Numbered from the stretch's first letter, positions 1 through 13,743 are shown. The stretch: DNA of 64,000 nt from Archangium sp. (GCF_031412795.1 NZ_JANODR010000017.1:1-64000), one strand, 5' to 3'. Numbers and translations: made by a program. Notes: generated by a model not told the origin, from the letters alone.

Positions 1-358
1 GTCCCAAGGGTTTGGCTGTTCGCCAATTAAAGCGGTACGCGAGCTGGGTTCAAAACGTCGTGAGACAGTTTGGTCCCTATCTGCTGTGGGCGTAGGATAC
101 TTGAGAGGCTCTGACCTTAGTACGAGAGGACCGGGTTGGAGACACCGCTGGTGTACCAGTTGTCTCGCCAGAGGCATCGCTGGGTAGCCATGTGTCGATT
201 GGATAACCGCTGAAAGCATCTAAGCGGGAAACCGACCTCAAGAATAGGTATCCCGGGCGCAAGCCCCAGAAGACCCGTCGAAGACTACGACGTTGATAGG
301 CCGGGTGTGTAAGCGTGGTAACACGTTGAGCTAACCGGTACTAATTGGTCGAGCGGCT
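1..358 (+). rRNA. rrl: 23S rRNA, 3' terminal portion (partial, continues upstream of window)
   Basis: Conserved 23S 3'-domain strings (GTACGAGAGGACCGG, sarcin-ricin loop region, ...GTTGAGCTAACCGGTACTAATTGGTCGAGCGGCTTAC at end). No protein-coding signal. Confidence 0.85.
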
Positions 359-528
359 TACTTCACCTCAATCTTTCGCGGGCCCTACCAGCAAGCCTGG
401 TGGGACGTGAGGATTCGAGTCCAAGGTCGAGGCCCCGAGCACACTCCCGAAGAGTGGTGCCGGCCCGAAAGAAGGCACTTCTAGCGGGAATTGAAATTCT
501 ACCCTTTGTATGTACAGTCACACCAGTT

Positions 529-644
<116 letters not shown>

Positions 645-700
645 TTTTTTTTGAAGGCCCCGAGTCCTCACGCAAGTGACGACTCGGGGCCTTCGCCTTT
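645..700 (+). terminator. rRNA operon terminator: T8 run directly after 5S, followed by an 11-bp perfect hairpin (GGCCCCGAGTC...GACTCGGGGCC)
   Basis: Inverted repeat and T-tract read directly in sequence. Confidence 0.5.
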
Positions 701-967
701 GCGGGCTTTGGAGCTCCTTACCAGGCGCTCGCCCGCGTGTTCGGGGTGCATCCGGTACGTTCTGGTACCTGGCTCGTGCTCGTTGCATCCGGGCAACGGT
801 ACGTGGGGCAGGTCCAAGTGGCTGGAACTGCTGAGGAATCCCTCATCGGGTGTGGTTTGACTCCCCGTCCGTGCACCGACTAAAGTCCCGGGTTCGTCCG
901 GTTTTTCCACCCACCGCCTCTTTGGGGCGGCAACTGTGGCCATCCGGGTACGGGCGGATCCCGCGCA

Positions 968-3739
<2,772 letters not shown>

Positions 3740-3742
3740 TCA

Positions 3743-3815
3743 CACAGTGGTTGCCCTCTTTCCATTGTTGGATAAAGAGGGACTCTCCGCCCGGGTGATT
3801 TCCCCCGGGCTTTCG
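3743..3815 (+). terminator. Two tandem hairpins after the kinase stop (CCCTCTTT-N12-AAAGAGGG; GCCCGGG-N8-CCCGGGC)
   Basis: Inverted repeats seen in sequence. No T-run, so function uncertain. Confidence 0.3.
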
Positions 3816-3834
3816 TTTTCCAAGGTGGATCGCC

Positions 3835-5205
3835 ATGACGACTCCCATCCGCGGCAAAGCCTCCTCGGCCGGCCCCGCGCAGCAGCCTTTTTCCTATCCG
3901 CTCCGCCGTGAGTTCGTGGAGCCCGACTGGAGGCGTCTGCCTGGCTTCAAGGACGTGACCCAGGCCGAGTGGGAGAGCTCCGTCTGGCAGCGCAAGCACA
4001 CCGTCAAGAACCTCAAGGAGCTCAAGGCCGTCCTCGGCGACCTCCTCCCCGAGGACCTCCTGGCCAGCATGGACCGCGATCAGCGCGAGCGCGCCACCAT
4101 GTCCATCCTCGTCCCGCCCCAGATGCTCAACACCCTGGACGAGACGGACCTGTGGAACGACCCCGTCCGCCGCTACATGCTCCCGGCCTTCGAGGACCGG
4201 CACCCCGAGTGGCCCAACCACCCCAAGGCCAGCCGCGACAGCCTCCACGAGGCCGAGATGTGGGCCGTCGAGGGGCTCACCCACCGCTACCCCACCAAGG
4301 TGCTGGCGGAGATGCTCCCCACCTGCCCCCAGTACTGCGGCCACTGCACCCGCATGGACCTCGTGGGCAATGACGTTCCCCAGGTCCAGAAGCACCGCTT
4401 CCAGCTCGGCCAGAAGGAGCGCTACGAGGCGATGCTCGACTACCTTCGCAAGACGCCCACCGTGCGAGACGTGGTCGTCAGCGGCGGCGACATCGCCAAT
4501 CTCCCCATCCAGGCCCTCGAGCCCTTCGTCAGCGCCCTGCTCGACATCCCCAACATCCGCGACATCCGCCTGGCCTCCAAGGGCCTCATGGCCATCCCCC
4601 AGCACTTCCTCCAGGACTCCGTCCTCCAGGGGCTGGAGCGGCTCGCCAAGAAGGCCAATGAGCGCGGCGTGGACCTCGCCCTCCACACCCACGTCAACAA
4701 CGCCCGTCAGCTCACGCCCCTCGTCGGCAAGGCCGTTCGCAAGCTGCTCGACATGGGCTTCCGCGACGTGCGCAACCAGGGTGTGCTGCTCCGCGGCATC
4801 AACGACACCCCCAAGGATCTCCTCGAGCTGTGCTTCACCCTGCTCGATCACGCGAAGATCCTCCCGTACTACTTCTACATGTGCGACATGATCCCCAACG
4901 CGGAGCACTGGCGCCTGTCCGTTGCCGAGGCCCAGCAGCTCCAGCACGACATCATGGGGTACATGCCCGGCTTCGCCACCCCGCGCATCGTCTGCGACGT
5001 GCCCTTCGTCGGGAAGCGGTGGATCCACCAGATCTCCGAGTACGACAAGGAGCGGGGCATCTCGTACTGGACCAAGAACTACCGCACCGGCATCGAGGGC
5101 AATGACCCCGACGCCCTCACCCGCAAGTACGAGTACTTCGACCCCATCTACACGCTGCCCGCGTCCGGTCAACAGTGGTGGCGCGATCAGGCCAAGGCGG
5201 CGTGA
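3835..5205 (+). CDS. KamA-family radical SAM 2,3-aminomutase-like protein (paralog 1, divergent cluster motif CPQYCGHCTRM)
   Basis: 456 aa. CxxxCxxC radical-SAM cluster motif in a KamA-like context, GGD motif (VVVSGGDIANLP). Stop overlaps the next start (ATGA). Confidence 0.8.
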   Translation: MTTPIRGKASSAGPAQQPFSYPLRREFVEPDWRRLPGFKDVTQAEWESSVWQRKHTVKNLKELKAVLGDLLPEDLLASMDRDQRERATMSILVPPQMLNTLDETDLWNDPVRRYMLPAFEDRHPEWPNHPKASRDSLHEAEMWAVEGLTHRYPTKVLAEMLPTCPQYCGHCTRMDLVGNDVPQVQKHRFQLGQKERYEAMLDYLRKTPTVRDVVVSGGDIANLPIQALEPFVSALLDIPNIRDIRLASKGLMAIPQHFLQDSVLQGLERLAKKANERGVDLALHTHVNNARQLTPLVGKAVRKLLDMGFRDVRNQGVLLRGINDTPKDLLELCFTLLDHAKILPYYFYMCDMIPNAEHWRLSVAEAQQLQHDIMGYMPGFATPRIVCDVPFVGKRWIHQISEYDKERGISYWTKNYRTGIEGNDPDALTRKYEYFDPIYTLPASGQQWWRDQAKAA

Positions 5206-6416
5206 TGCAGTCCCCAGTACCGCCCTCCAAGGGCGCTGCCTCGCGTCCGGCCTCCGAGGCCGGGCGCCGGGTCCTTTTCCCCGACGCCACCGACGCCGAG
5301 TGGGCTGACTGGCGCTGGCACCAGCGCCATGCCGTGCGCGGCCTCGCGCAGCTGGAGAAGTACGTCCCCCTCACGCCCGAGGAGCGCGCCGGCGTGCAGG
5401 AGACCTCCTCCCTCTTCCGCATCGGCATCAGCCCCTACTACCTGTCCCTCATCGACAGGCAGCACCCGTTCTGCCCCATCCGCATGCAGTCCATCCCCGT
5501 GCGCGCCGAGGCTCGCATCCGCCCCGGGGAGCTCGAGGACCCGCTCGGCGAGGACAAGACCCGGCCCGAGGAGGCCATCGTCCACAAGTACCCGGACCGC
5601 GTCCTCTTCCTCGCGCTCGACACGTGCTCCGTCTACTGCCGCCACTGCACCCGCCGCCGCATCACCAAGGGCGGCGAGGCCGAGCTCACCAAGGAGCAGA
5701 TGCGGCGGGGTCTCGACTACATCCGCCGTCACCCCGAGGTCCGTGACGTCCTCATCTCCGGTGGAGATCCGTTCCTCCTCTCCGAGGAGCGGCTGGAGGA
5801 GCTGCTCGCGCCCCTGCACGAGATTCCCCACGTGGAGATGGTCCGCATCGGCACCCGCGTCCCCGTGTGTCTGCCCATGCGTGTCACCGACTCGCTGGCC
5901 CGGCTGCTGCGCCGCTACGCCCCCGTCTACGTCGTCACCCACTTCAACCACCCGAAGGAAGTGACCCCCGAGGCCCGCGAGGCCTGCGAGCGGCTCGTGG
6001 ACCACGGCGTCCCCGTCGAGAACCAGGCCGTCCTCATGCGCCAGCTCAACTCGGACGCTCGCATCATCAAGGAGCTGTCCCACGCCCTGCTGCGCATCCG
6101 CGTCCGCCCCTACTACCTCCACCAGATGGATGTGGCTCAGGGCTGCGAGCACCTGCGCACGCCCCTCTCCAAGGGCATGGAGATCCTCCAGCAGCTGCGC
6201 GGCCATACCTCCGGGCTCGCCGTGCCTCACCTCGCCGTGGACCTCCCCGGCGGCGGTGGCAAGGTGACCCTCCAGCCGGATTACGTGCTCGAGCGCCACG
6301 AGCGCGGCACCGTGTTCCGCAACTTCAAGGGCGAGCGCTACTCCTACCCCGAGCCCGAAGAGACCGACTGCTCCTGCCCCTATGACTCCGAGTGGCAGGC
6401 CAGGCGCTGGGGGTAA
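5205..6416 (+). CDS. kamA: Lysine 2,3-aminomutase (canonical KamA-type; CSVYCRHCTRRR motif)
   Basis: Motif CSVYCRHCTRRRI matches the LAM signature CxxxCRHCTRRR. ISGGDPFLL PLP/GGD region. C-terminal Cys cluster (CSCPYD). Start ATG overlaps the stop of the upstream paralog. Confidence 0.7.
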   Translation: MQSPVPPSKGAASRPASEAGRRVLFPDATDAEWADWRWHQRHAVRGLAQLEKYVPLTPEERAGVQETSSLFRIGISPYYLSLIDRQHPFCPIRMQSIPVRAEARIRPGELEDPLGEDKTRPEEAIVHKYPDRVLFLALDTCSVYCRHCTRRRITKGGEAELTKEQMRRGLDYIRRHPEVRDVLISGGDPFLLSEERLEELLAPLHEIPHVEMVRIGTRVPVCLPMRVTDSLARLLRRYAPVYVVTHFNHPKEVTPEAREACERLVDHGVPVENQAVLMRQLNSDARIIKELSHALLRIRVRPYYLHQMDVAQGCEHLRTPLSKGMEILQQLRGHTSGLAVPHLAVDLPGGGGKVTLQPDYVLERHERGTVFRNFKGERYSYPEPEETDCSCPYDSEWQARRWG

Positions 6417-6425
6417 GGCAGGGGC

Positions 6426-6935
6426 TCATTCCCCCTCGGGCGCGGGGATTTGCTCTTCCGGCGGGATGCCGACCTCCACCGTCGGCTCCGCTCCCTCCTG
6501 CTCCTCCAGCGTCACCGGGTTGTCCTCGCCGAACCCCGCCTGGACCTGGATCTCCCCCGGCTCCTTCTTCGTCTTCGCGGCCTCCGCCGCCTGCTGCTTG
6601 TCCTGCTCCTCCAGGCGCTTGGACGCGGCCTCCACCGCCTCGTTCCCCTTCGGCCCCATCTTCGCCGTCTGCCGCGCGTAGTCCTTGCCGGACACGCCGT
6701 TCTTCTCCAGCGCCTCCTGCACCGCCTTCTGCTGCTCCTGGATGACCTGCCGCCTCTCCGCGTTGCTCATCTCCGACGGCTTCCGGTTTCCGTGCGCCGC
6801 GTTCACTCGATCCAGCGCCTCCTTCTCGTCTCGGCGCACTCGCGCGATCTGATCGGGCGTGAGTTCCCCCGCGAACCCGAGGCCCGGCAGGGTGAGACAG
6901 AGCGACAGCAACAGCAGGGATGGACGGCGGAACAT
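6426..6935 (-). CDS. Secreted hypothetical protein (signal peptide, charged helical; possible periplasmic stress/Spy-like)
   Basis: Start chosen at MFRRPSLLLLSLCLTLPGLGFA (signal peptide) rather than the upstream ORF start. Lys/Glu/Gln-rich. Confidence 0.5.
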   Translation of the reverse strand: MFRRPSLLLLSLCLTLPGLGFAGELTPDQIARVRRDEKEALDRVNAAHGNRKPSEMSNAERRQVIQEQQKAVQEALEKNGVSGKDYARQTAKMGPKGNEAVEAASKRLEEQDKQQAAEAAKTKKEPGEIQVQAGFGEDNPVTLEEQEGAEPTVEVGIPPEEQIPAPEGE

Positions 6936-7018
6936 GGGCACTCCTGGGTAGACCCTCTCCATCGTATGGGAGACAGGGGCACCGTGGGGAGAGGGGAGAG
7001 GGGCGTGTGCTGGTGGGC

Positions 7019-7345
7019 TCAGCGGGTACGACACCGCGTGCAGTTGTCCGTCCCCTCCGCGCAGGACTCCCTCGCCTGCGCGCACCGGGAGGGCAGGTCC
7101 GGCCGGTCCTCGTGCTGGCTCACCACCGCACACAACTCCTCTGCTACCGCACACGTCTGCTGGGTCAGCGTGCATCCCTCCTCGCACGAGATGCCCCTCA
7201 TCGATGCCCGGGACCTCAGTTCTTCCAGCCTCGCCTCGTAAAGGGCGAGCACTTCGTCATCCGTGCCGGCCACCCGGGTGTTGTCCACCTGCTTCGGACA
7301 TCCCATGAGCACCAGCGTCAGCAGGGCAAGCAGGGTTGCGCGCAT
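7019..7345 (-). CDS. Small Cys-rich lipoprotein
   Basis: Lipobox LVLMGC at N-terminus; 10 Cys in 108 aa. Confidence 0.5.
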   Translation of the reverse strand: MRATLLALLTLVLMGCPKQVDNTRVAGTDDEVLALYEARLEELRSRASMRGISCEEGCTLTQQTCAVAEELCAVVSQHEDRPDLPSRCAQARESCAEGTDNCTRCRTR

Positions 7346-7387
7346 GTCTCTCCCCTTATGCGCTGGCGCTCGGCTCGTCCAGCCGCC

Positions 7388-7948
7388 TCAGCGTCCTCTC
7401 GACCTCTCCTGGACAGGTCGCTCCCGCGGCTCCTCGGCCCGGTTGCAGTACAGGAACGCCGTCAGTCCCAGCAGCGCCACCACCGCCAGCTTTCGCAGCC
7501 AGTCCTCCCGCCGGCTCCTCGGGGACTGCTCCTCCTCGCGCTCCGCTGCCTCGAGCGTCTCCGCCACCTCCGTCCCCAACTGTCGCAGTCTCCTGCACAG
7601 CGCCACTGGCGTCGTCAGCGCCGCCGGCACCGTCGCCGTCTCCCGCTCCAGCGCCTCCGCCAGCGCTCGTGCCCACACGTCCTCCTCCGCTTCGTCCGCC
7701 GGAGGTCGGCAGGGCAGGGCCGCCGCCGTCGTCAGCTCCAGCGCCGCCCTCAGCAGGTGCACCGAGAAGGCCGCCGGGGTGATGCCGTAGAACGTCGCGC
7801 TCCCCTCCAGTGAGCGGCCCCGCACCAGCCGCCCCACCAGCAAGGCCGACTGGCGGTAGGGCAGGGCTCGCAGCGCCGCTCCGAGCTCGGCGGCCGAGAG
7901 ACGGGTGACGTCAGGGGCAGGGGACACGGGGCCCTCATTCTCCGCCAT
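7388..7948 (-). CDS. Hypothetical membrane-anchored protein with sigma-70 region-4-like HTH
   Basis: Segment LPYRQSALLVGRLVRGRSLEGSATFYGITPAAFSVHLLRA resembles ECF sigma region 4. C-terminal TM helix (LAVVALLGLTAFLY). Start moved to MAENEG (7948) to avoid a divergent overlap with the SpoIID start. Confidence 0.4.
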   Translation of the reverse strand: MAENEGPVSPAPDVTRLSAAELGAALRALPYRQSALLVGRLVRGRSLEGSATFYGITPAAFSVHLLRAALELTTAAALPCRPPADEAEEDVWARALAEALERETATVPAALTTPVALCRRLRQLGTEVAETLEAAEREEEQSPRSRREDWLRKLAVVALLGLTAFLYCNRAEEPRERPVQERSRGR

Positions 7949-7970
7949 TCGCCCGCCGATTTCTTGAGCC

Positions 7971-9098
7971 ATGAGCACCACCCCCTACACTCCGCTCACC
8001 ATGTGGCGACCTGTTGCACTCCTGCTGCTCCTGCTCGCGCCCCTCCCAGCGTTCGCCGTGGAGACGATGCGCATCGCCATGGGTGACTCCCACGGCCAGG
8101 TGCGCGTCGCCGGCTCGGCCCTCTCCTTCGGCCCCGATACCGAGGACGCCCGCTTCTCTCCGCTCGCCCAGGACAGCGTCGTCGTGCGGCGTCGTGGCGC
8201 TCGGCTGGAGCTCAACGGCGCCCCCGTCATCGGCAACGCGGTGCGCTTCCGCGCCGGCCAGGACTCCGAGGTGCCCGGCTCCTCGCCCCTGCGCGCCGGG
8301 GACATGCAGGTCCGCGGTGACGTCGTCGTTCGCCTCTACAAGGATGGGCTCCAGCTCATCAACGTCATCCCCCTCGAGGACTACCTCGCCGCCGTGCTCG
8401 GCAGCGAGATGCCCGTTTCCTTCCCCCTGGAGGCCCTCAAGGCCCAGGCCGTCGCCGCTCGCACCTACGCCCTCCAGAAGAAGCTCGAGACCTACGGCAG
8501 CCCCTTCCACATGGGCAGCAGCGTTCTCCACCAGGTCTACGGCGGCCTCAACCGCGAGGACGCCCGCACCCGCTCCGCCGTCGAGGCCACCCGGGGCGAG
8601 GTGCTCACCTACGAGCTCGCCCCCATCGAGGCCTACTTCCACGCCTCCTGCGGCGGTCGCACCGAGTCCGGCCAGGATGCCCTCGGGCGGAACCTTCCCT
8701 ACCTCCAGGCCGTGGACTGCCCGTGCGGCCGGCTGCCCGCCAGTCGCTGGAGCGCCACCCTCTCCAACTCCGAGCTGCACTCCGCCCTCGGCCAGTCCAC
8801 CGAGGGCTTCCGCGTCTCCTCCCGCACCGACACCCACCGGGTGAACCGCATCGCCACCGCCAGCGGCCTCTCGGTGGATGGGGTGACGCTTCGCCGGAAG
8901 CTCGGCTACACGAAGCTCAAGAGCCTCGGCTTCGACGTGGAGCGCACCTCCAGCGGTTGGCACTTCAACGGCCGCGGCTACGGCCACGGCGCCGGCCTCT
9001 GCCAGTGGGGCGCCAAGGCGCTCGCCGACGAGGGCCTCGCCTACCGCGACATCCTCCAGCACTACTACCCGGGGACCGAGCTCCAGCAGCTCTACTGA
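7971..9098 (+). CDS. SpoIID/LytB domain protein (secreted)
   Basis: Signal peptide. SpoIID-family motifs (VIPLEDYLAAVLGSEMP, ALKAQAVAARTYAL, FHASCGGRTESG). Confidence 0.85.
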   Translation: MSTTPYTPLTMWRPVALLLLLLAPLPAFAVETMRIAMGDSHGQVRVAGSALSFGPDTEDARFSPLAQDSVVVRRRGARLELNGAPVIGNAVRFRAGQDSEVPGSSPLRAGDMQVRGDVVVRLYKDGLQLINVIPLEDYLAAVLGSEMPVSFPLEALKAQAVAARTYALQKKLETYGSPFHMGSSVLHQVYGGLNREDARTRSAVEATRGEVLTYELAPIEAYFHASCGGRTESGQDALGRNLPYLQAVDCPCGRLPASRWSATLSNSELHSALGQSTEGFRVSSRTDTHRVNRIATASGLSVDGVTLRRKLGYTKLKSLGFDVERTSSGWHFNGRGYGHGAGLCQWGAKALADEGLAYRDILQHYYPGTELQQLY

Positions 9099-9146
9099 CG
9101 CATCCCGTTTCGCCGGGGCGCCCGGGCTGTTACAAGCCCTTCCCCC

Positions 9147-10232
9147 GTGTCGTCACTGCTCTCCGATTACGACTTCGAGCTCCCCGAGGCGCAGATCGCC
9201 CAGGCGCCCCTCGGCGCCCGCGATGCCTCCCGCCTCCTCGTGGTGAGCCGCTCCTCCGGTGCCCCGGAGCACCGCCACTTCGCCGACCTGCCCGGCCTGC
9301 TGCGCGAGGGCGACCTGCTCGTCGTCAACGACGCGCGGGTCATCCCCGCACGGCTCCTCGGCGCCAAGGTCGGCTCCGGCGGCCGAGTGGAGTTGCTCGT
9401 CGTCCGCCCGGCGGCCCCCACGCTCACCTCCCAGGCGCTCGGCGGAGCCACCGAGGCGCTCGAGTGGATCTGCCTCGGGCAGGCCTCCAAGGGGCTCAAG
9501 CCCGGGGCGCGCATCGCCTTCCCCGAGGGTCTGGAGGCCGAGGTGCTGGAGGCTCTCGGAGGCGGGGAGTACCGCGTCCGCTTCCACGCCGCGCCGGGCA
9601 CCTCCCTTGCGGAGCTGCTGGACAAGGCCGGTCGCCTGCCGCTGCCGCCCTACATCACCCGCGCCCCCGAGGCCTCGGACGCCGAGCGCTACCAGACGGT
9701 GTACGCACGGGCCTCGGGCGCGGTGGCGGCCCCCACCGCCGGGCTCCACTTCACCGATGCCACCTTCGCGGCCCTCGCCGCCAAGGGCATCCAGCGCGTC
9801 GAGGTGACGCTGGACGTGGGGCCGGGCACCTTCCTCCCCGTGCGCGAGGAGAACCTCGAGAAGCACCACATGCACCCGGAGCGCTACTTCGTCCCGGAGG
9901 CCACCGCCCGGGCCGTCAACGCCGCTCGGGCCGAGGGCCGCCGCATCGTCGCGGTGGGCACCACCGTGGTGCGCACCCTGGAGTCCGCCACGGACCCGGA
10001 CTCGCGCCACCTGCGTGCCGGTACCGGCGAGACGACGCTCTTCATCCGCCCCGGCTTCACCTTCCGGCAGGTGGACGTGCTGCTCACCAACTTCCACCTT
10101 CCGCGCTCCACGCTGGTGGTGCTGGTGAGCGCGCTGCTCGGCCGCGAGCGCACCCTCGCGGCCTACCGGGAGGCAGTCGCCGCCGGCTACCGGTTTTTCT
10201 CGTACGGCGACGCGATGTTGGTGACGGAGTAG
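9147..10232 (+). CDS. queA: S-adenosylmethionine:tRNA ribosyltransferase-isomerase
   Basis: N-terminus DYDFELPEAQIAQAPLGARDASRLLVV is the typical QueA opening. Length 361 aa. Conserved queA-tgt-yajC-secDF order. Confidence 0.9.
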   Translation: MSSLLSDYDFELPEAQIAQAPLGARDASRLLVVSRSSGAPEHRHFADLPGLLREGDLLVVNDARVIPARLLGAKVGSGGRVELLVVRPAAPTLTSQALGGATEALEWICLGQASKGLKPGARIAFPEGLEAEVLEALGGGEYRVRFHAAPGTSLAELLDKAGRLPLPPYITRAPEASDAERYQTVYARASGAVAAPTAGLHFTDATFAALAAKGIQRVEVTLDVGPGTFLPVREENLEKHHMHPERYFVPEATARAVNAARAEGRRIVAVGTTVVRTLESATDPDSRHLRAGTGETTLFIRPGFTFRQVDVLLTNFHLPRSTLVVLVSALLGRERTLAAYREAVAAGYRFFSYGDAMLVTE

Positions 10233-11432
<1,200 letters not shown>

Positions 11433-11606
11433 GAGGCCCGGAGGAGGGGGGGCGAGCACGATAAAGGACGGGAAGTCCGGGTCTTCCTCGCCGTTCTCTT
11501 GCCCGGGGTGCGTGGCCCCTGCTAAGAGGCCCCCCTTTGCGGTGCGTCAGTTGTCCGCTGGTGGACGGCGGCGCGGTCGGACCCTCTCTAAACGACGAGG
11601 CGGTTT

Positions 11607-11951
11607 GTGGCAGACAGCTTTCTGATCCTGGCTCAGGCGGCGGGCGGCGGCCCTGGCGGCGCGGTGAACATCCTGTTCATCGTCGCCCTGTTCGCCATCA
11701 TGTACTTCATGATGATCCGCCCCCAGCAGAAGCAGATGAAGGCGCACAAGGAGCTGCTCGCCGGGTTGAAGAAGGGTGACGAGGTCCTCACCCAGGGCGG
11801 GCTCATCGGGCGCATCCAGGTGATCACCGAGCGGGAAGTGACGCTCGAGGTCTCCAATGGGGTACGCATCCGCGTGCTCAAGACTTCCGTGGCAGGCAGG
11901 TATGCGGTGGGCCCCGAGGCCCCTGCTGCCGAGAAGAAGGAGGAGAAGTAA
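11607..11951 (+). CDS. yajC: Preprotein translocase subunit YajC
   Basis: Single TM, MMIRPQQKQ motif, 114 aa, directly upstream of secD. Confidence 0.85.
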   Translation: MADSFLILAQAAGGGPGGAVNILFIVALFAIMYFMMIRPQQKQMKAHKELLAGLKKGDEVLTQGGLIGRIQVITEREVTLEVSNGVRIRVLKTSVAGRYAVGPEAPAAEKKEEK

Positions 11952-13723
11952 TGGATCGCGGCTGGTACTGGAGGATGGGCCTGGTCATTGGCGTGACGCT
12001 GCTGACCATTTGGTTCCTGATCCCCTCCTATTATTCGCTCTTCGTGATGGAGCGCAGTGAGCGCAACAACCTGACGCTGCTCGAGCAGCGGATGCCCAGG
12101 TGGGCTCCCCCCGCGAAGTACCGCATCAACCTGGGGCTGGACCTGCAGGGCGGCATCCACATGGTGATGCGGGTGGACACCAAGACGGCGCTCCAGAAGC
12201 GCACCGAGCGTCGTGGTGACCAGATTGCCCGCTACATCAACGAGGACAAGAAGCTCGGCGAGGTGGCCGTGGACACGGACCCCGAGGCGCTGCGGCTCTC
12301 GCTGACCGCCAAGGATCCGGCCACCATGGACGCCATCGAGAAGGAGGTGCTCGCCACCTTCACCGACTTCGTCCGGGTGTCGCGTGACGGGCCCAAGCTG
12401 GTGCTCGCCCCGGACGAGGGCCAGGTGAACCGCTTCCGCGAGGAGTCGGTGGACCAGGCGATGCTCGTCATCCGCCGCCGCATCGACAAGTGGGGCGTGG
12501 CCGAGGTGGACGTGCGCAAGCTGGGCACCGACGCCATCCAGATCTCCCTGCCGGGCCGCAGCGACCCGGAGCAGGCCAAGGAGCTGGTGGGCACCACGGC
12601 GCAGCTGGAGTTCCGCATGGTGGACGACACCACGGACTTCTTCCGGCAGACGTACCAGACGACGCCGCCGCCCGAGGGCAGCAACATCACCCTGGACAGC
12701 GCCGAGGGCTTCCCCCAGCTGGTGGGCCCGGACCGCGAGGCCCTGCTGTCCTACGTGCAGGACAAGACGCCCGCGGATCGCCAGGTGCTGCTGGAGTGCA
12801 TCCCCAGCGCCACCCGCAAGGGCGTGTGCGACAGCTACCGCAGCTACCTGGTGGAGAAGAACGTGCCGCTCACGGGTGAGAGCCTGACGGGCGCGGACGC
12901 CAGCCTCAGCCAGCTCAACGAGCCCGAGGTGAACGTCAGCTTCGACGCCGCGGGCGCGCGCCAGTTCGAGGAGCTCACCGACAAGGGCACGGGCCGGCGC
13001 ATGGCCATCGTGCTGGACGAGTACGTGCAGTCGGCCCCGCGCATCAACGAGCGCATCGGGGGGGGCCGGGCGCGCATCACCATGGGCCGCTCCGGTGGCC
13101 GTCCGCTGGAGCAGTGGCTGGCCGACGCGCAGACGCTGGCGCTGGCCCTCAAGGCCGGCGCGCTGCCGGCGCCGGTGACCACGGGTGAAATCCGTCAGGT
13201 GGGCGCCTCGCTGGGCGACGAGCTCATCCGCAAGGGCAGCCTGGCGGCGATCGTCGGCCTGGCGCTCGTCATCGTCTTCATGGCCATCTACTACAAGGGC
13301 GCGGGCCTCATCGCCGACGTGGCGCTGGTGCTCAACGGCCTGCTCATCCTCGCCGGCCTGGCGCTCTTCAACGCCACGCTCACCCTGCCGGGCATCGCGG
13401 GCTTCGCGCTGACCCTGGGGGTCGCGGTGGACGCCAACGTGCTCATCAACGAGCGCATCCGCGAGGAGCTCGGCCATGGGAAGACCGCGAAGACCGCGGT
13501 GGACCAGGGCTACGACCGGGCCTTCTGGACCATCTTCGACGCCCACGTCACCGCGCTCATCGCCGGCTTCATCCTCTTCTTCACGGGGACGGGCCCGGTG
13601 CGCGGCTTCGCCACCACGATGATCATCGGCCTGCTGGCGTCGCTCTTCACGTCCATTCTCGTGACGCGCGTGATCATGAACTACTTCGTCCACGGCCGTG
13701 ACGCCAAGACGGTGTCCGTCTAG
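11951..13723 (+). CDS. secD: Protein translocase subunit SecD
   Basis: 590 aa. N-terminal TM then large periplasmic domain. C-terminal 5-TM SSD region. ATGG overlap with yajC stop. Confidence 0.9.
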   Translation: MDRGWYWRMGLVIGVTLLTIWFLIPSYYSLFVMERSERNNLTLLEQRMPRWAPPAKYRINLGLDLQGGIHMVMRVDTKTALQKRTERRGDQIARYINEDKKLGEVAVDTDPEALRLSLTAKDPATMDAIEKEVLATFTDFVRVSRDGPKLVLAPDEGQVNRFREESVDQAMLVIRRRIDKWGVAEVDVRKLGTDAIQISLPGRSDPEQAKELVGTTAQLEFRMVDDTTDFFRQTYQTTPPPEGSNITLDSAEGFPQLVGPDREALLSYVQDKTPADRQVLLECIPSATRKGVCDSYRSYLVEKNVPLTGESLTGADASLSQLNEPEVNVSFDAAGARQFEELTDKGTGRRMAIVLDEYVQSAPRINERIGGGRARITMGRSGGRPLEQWLADAQTLALALKAGALPAPVTTGEIRQVGASLGDELIRKGSLAAIVGLALVIVFMAIYYKGAGLIADVALVLNGLLILAGLALFNATLTLPGIAGFALTLGVAVDANVLINERIREELGHGKTAKTAVDQGYDRAFWTIFDAHVTALIAGFILFFTGTGPVRGFATTMIIGLLASLFTSILVTRVIMNYFVHGRDAKTVSV

Positions 13724-13743
13724 TAGCCCCCGGGGAAAAGCAG

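Noticed and set aside
645-967. Search for a tRNA gene downstream of the 5S rRNA
   Set aside because: No cloverleaf-compatible sequence with a TPsiC GTTCRANYC box was seen. The region contains only the terminator hairpin and GC-rich spacer.
5205-6416. Interpreting the second KamA paralog as EpmB (EF-P beta-lysylation)
   Set aside because: The cluster motif matches LAM (CxxxCRHCTRRR) rather than EpmB (CxxNCRYCFRR). The protein is about 400 aa with a C-terminal Cys-rich domain. No epmA or efp is adjacent.
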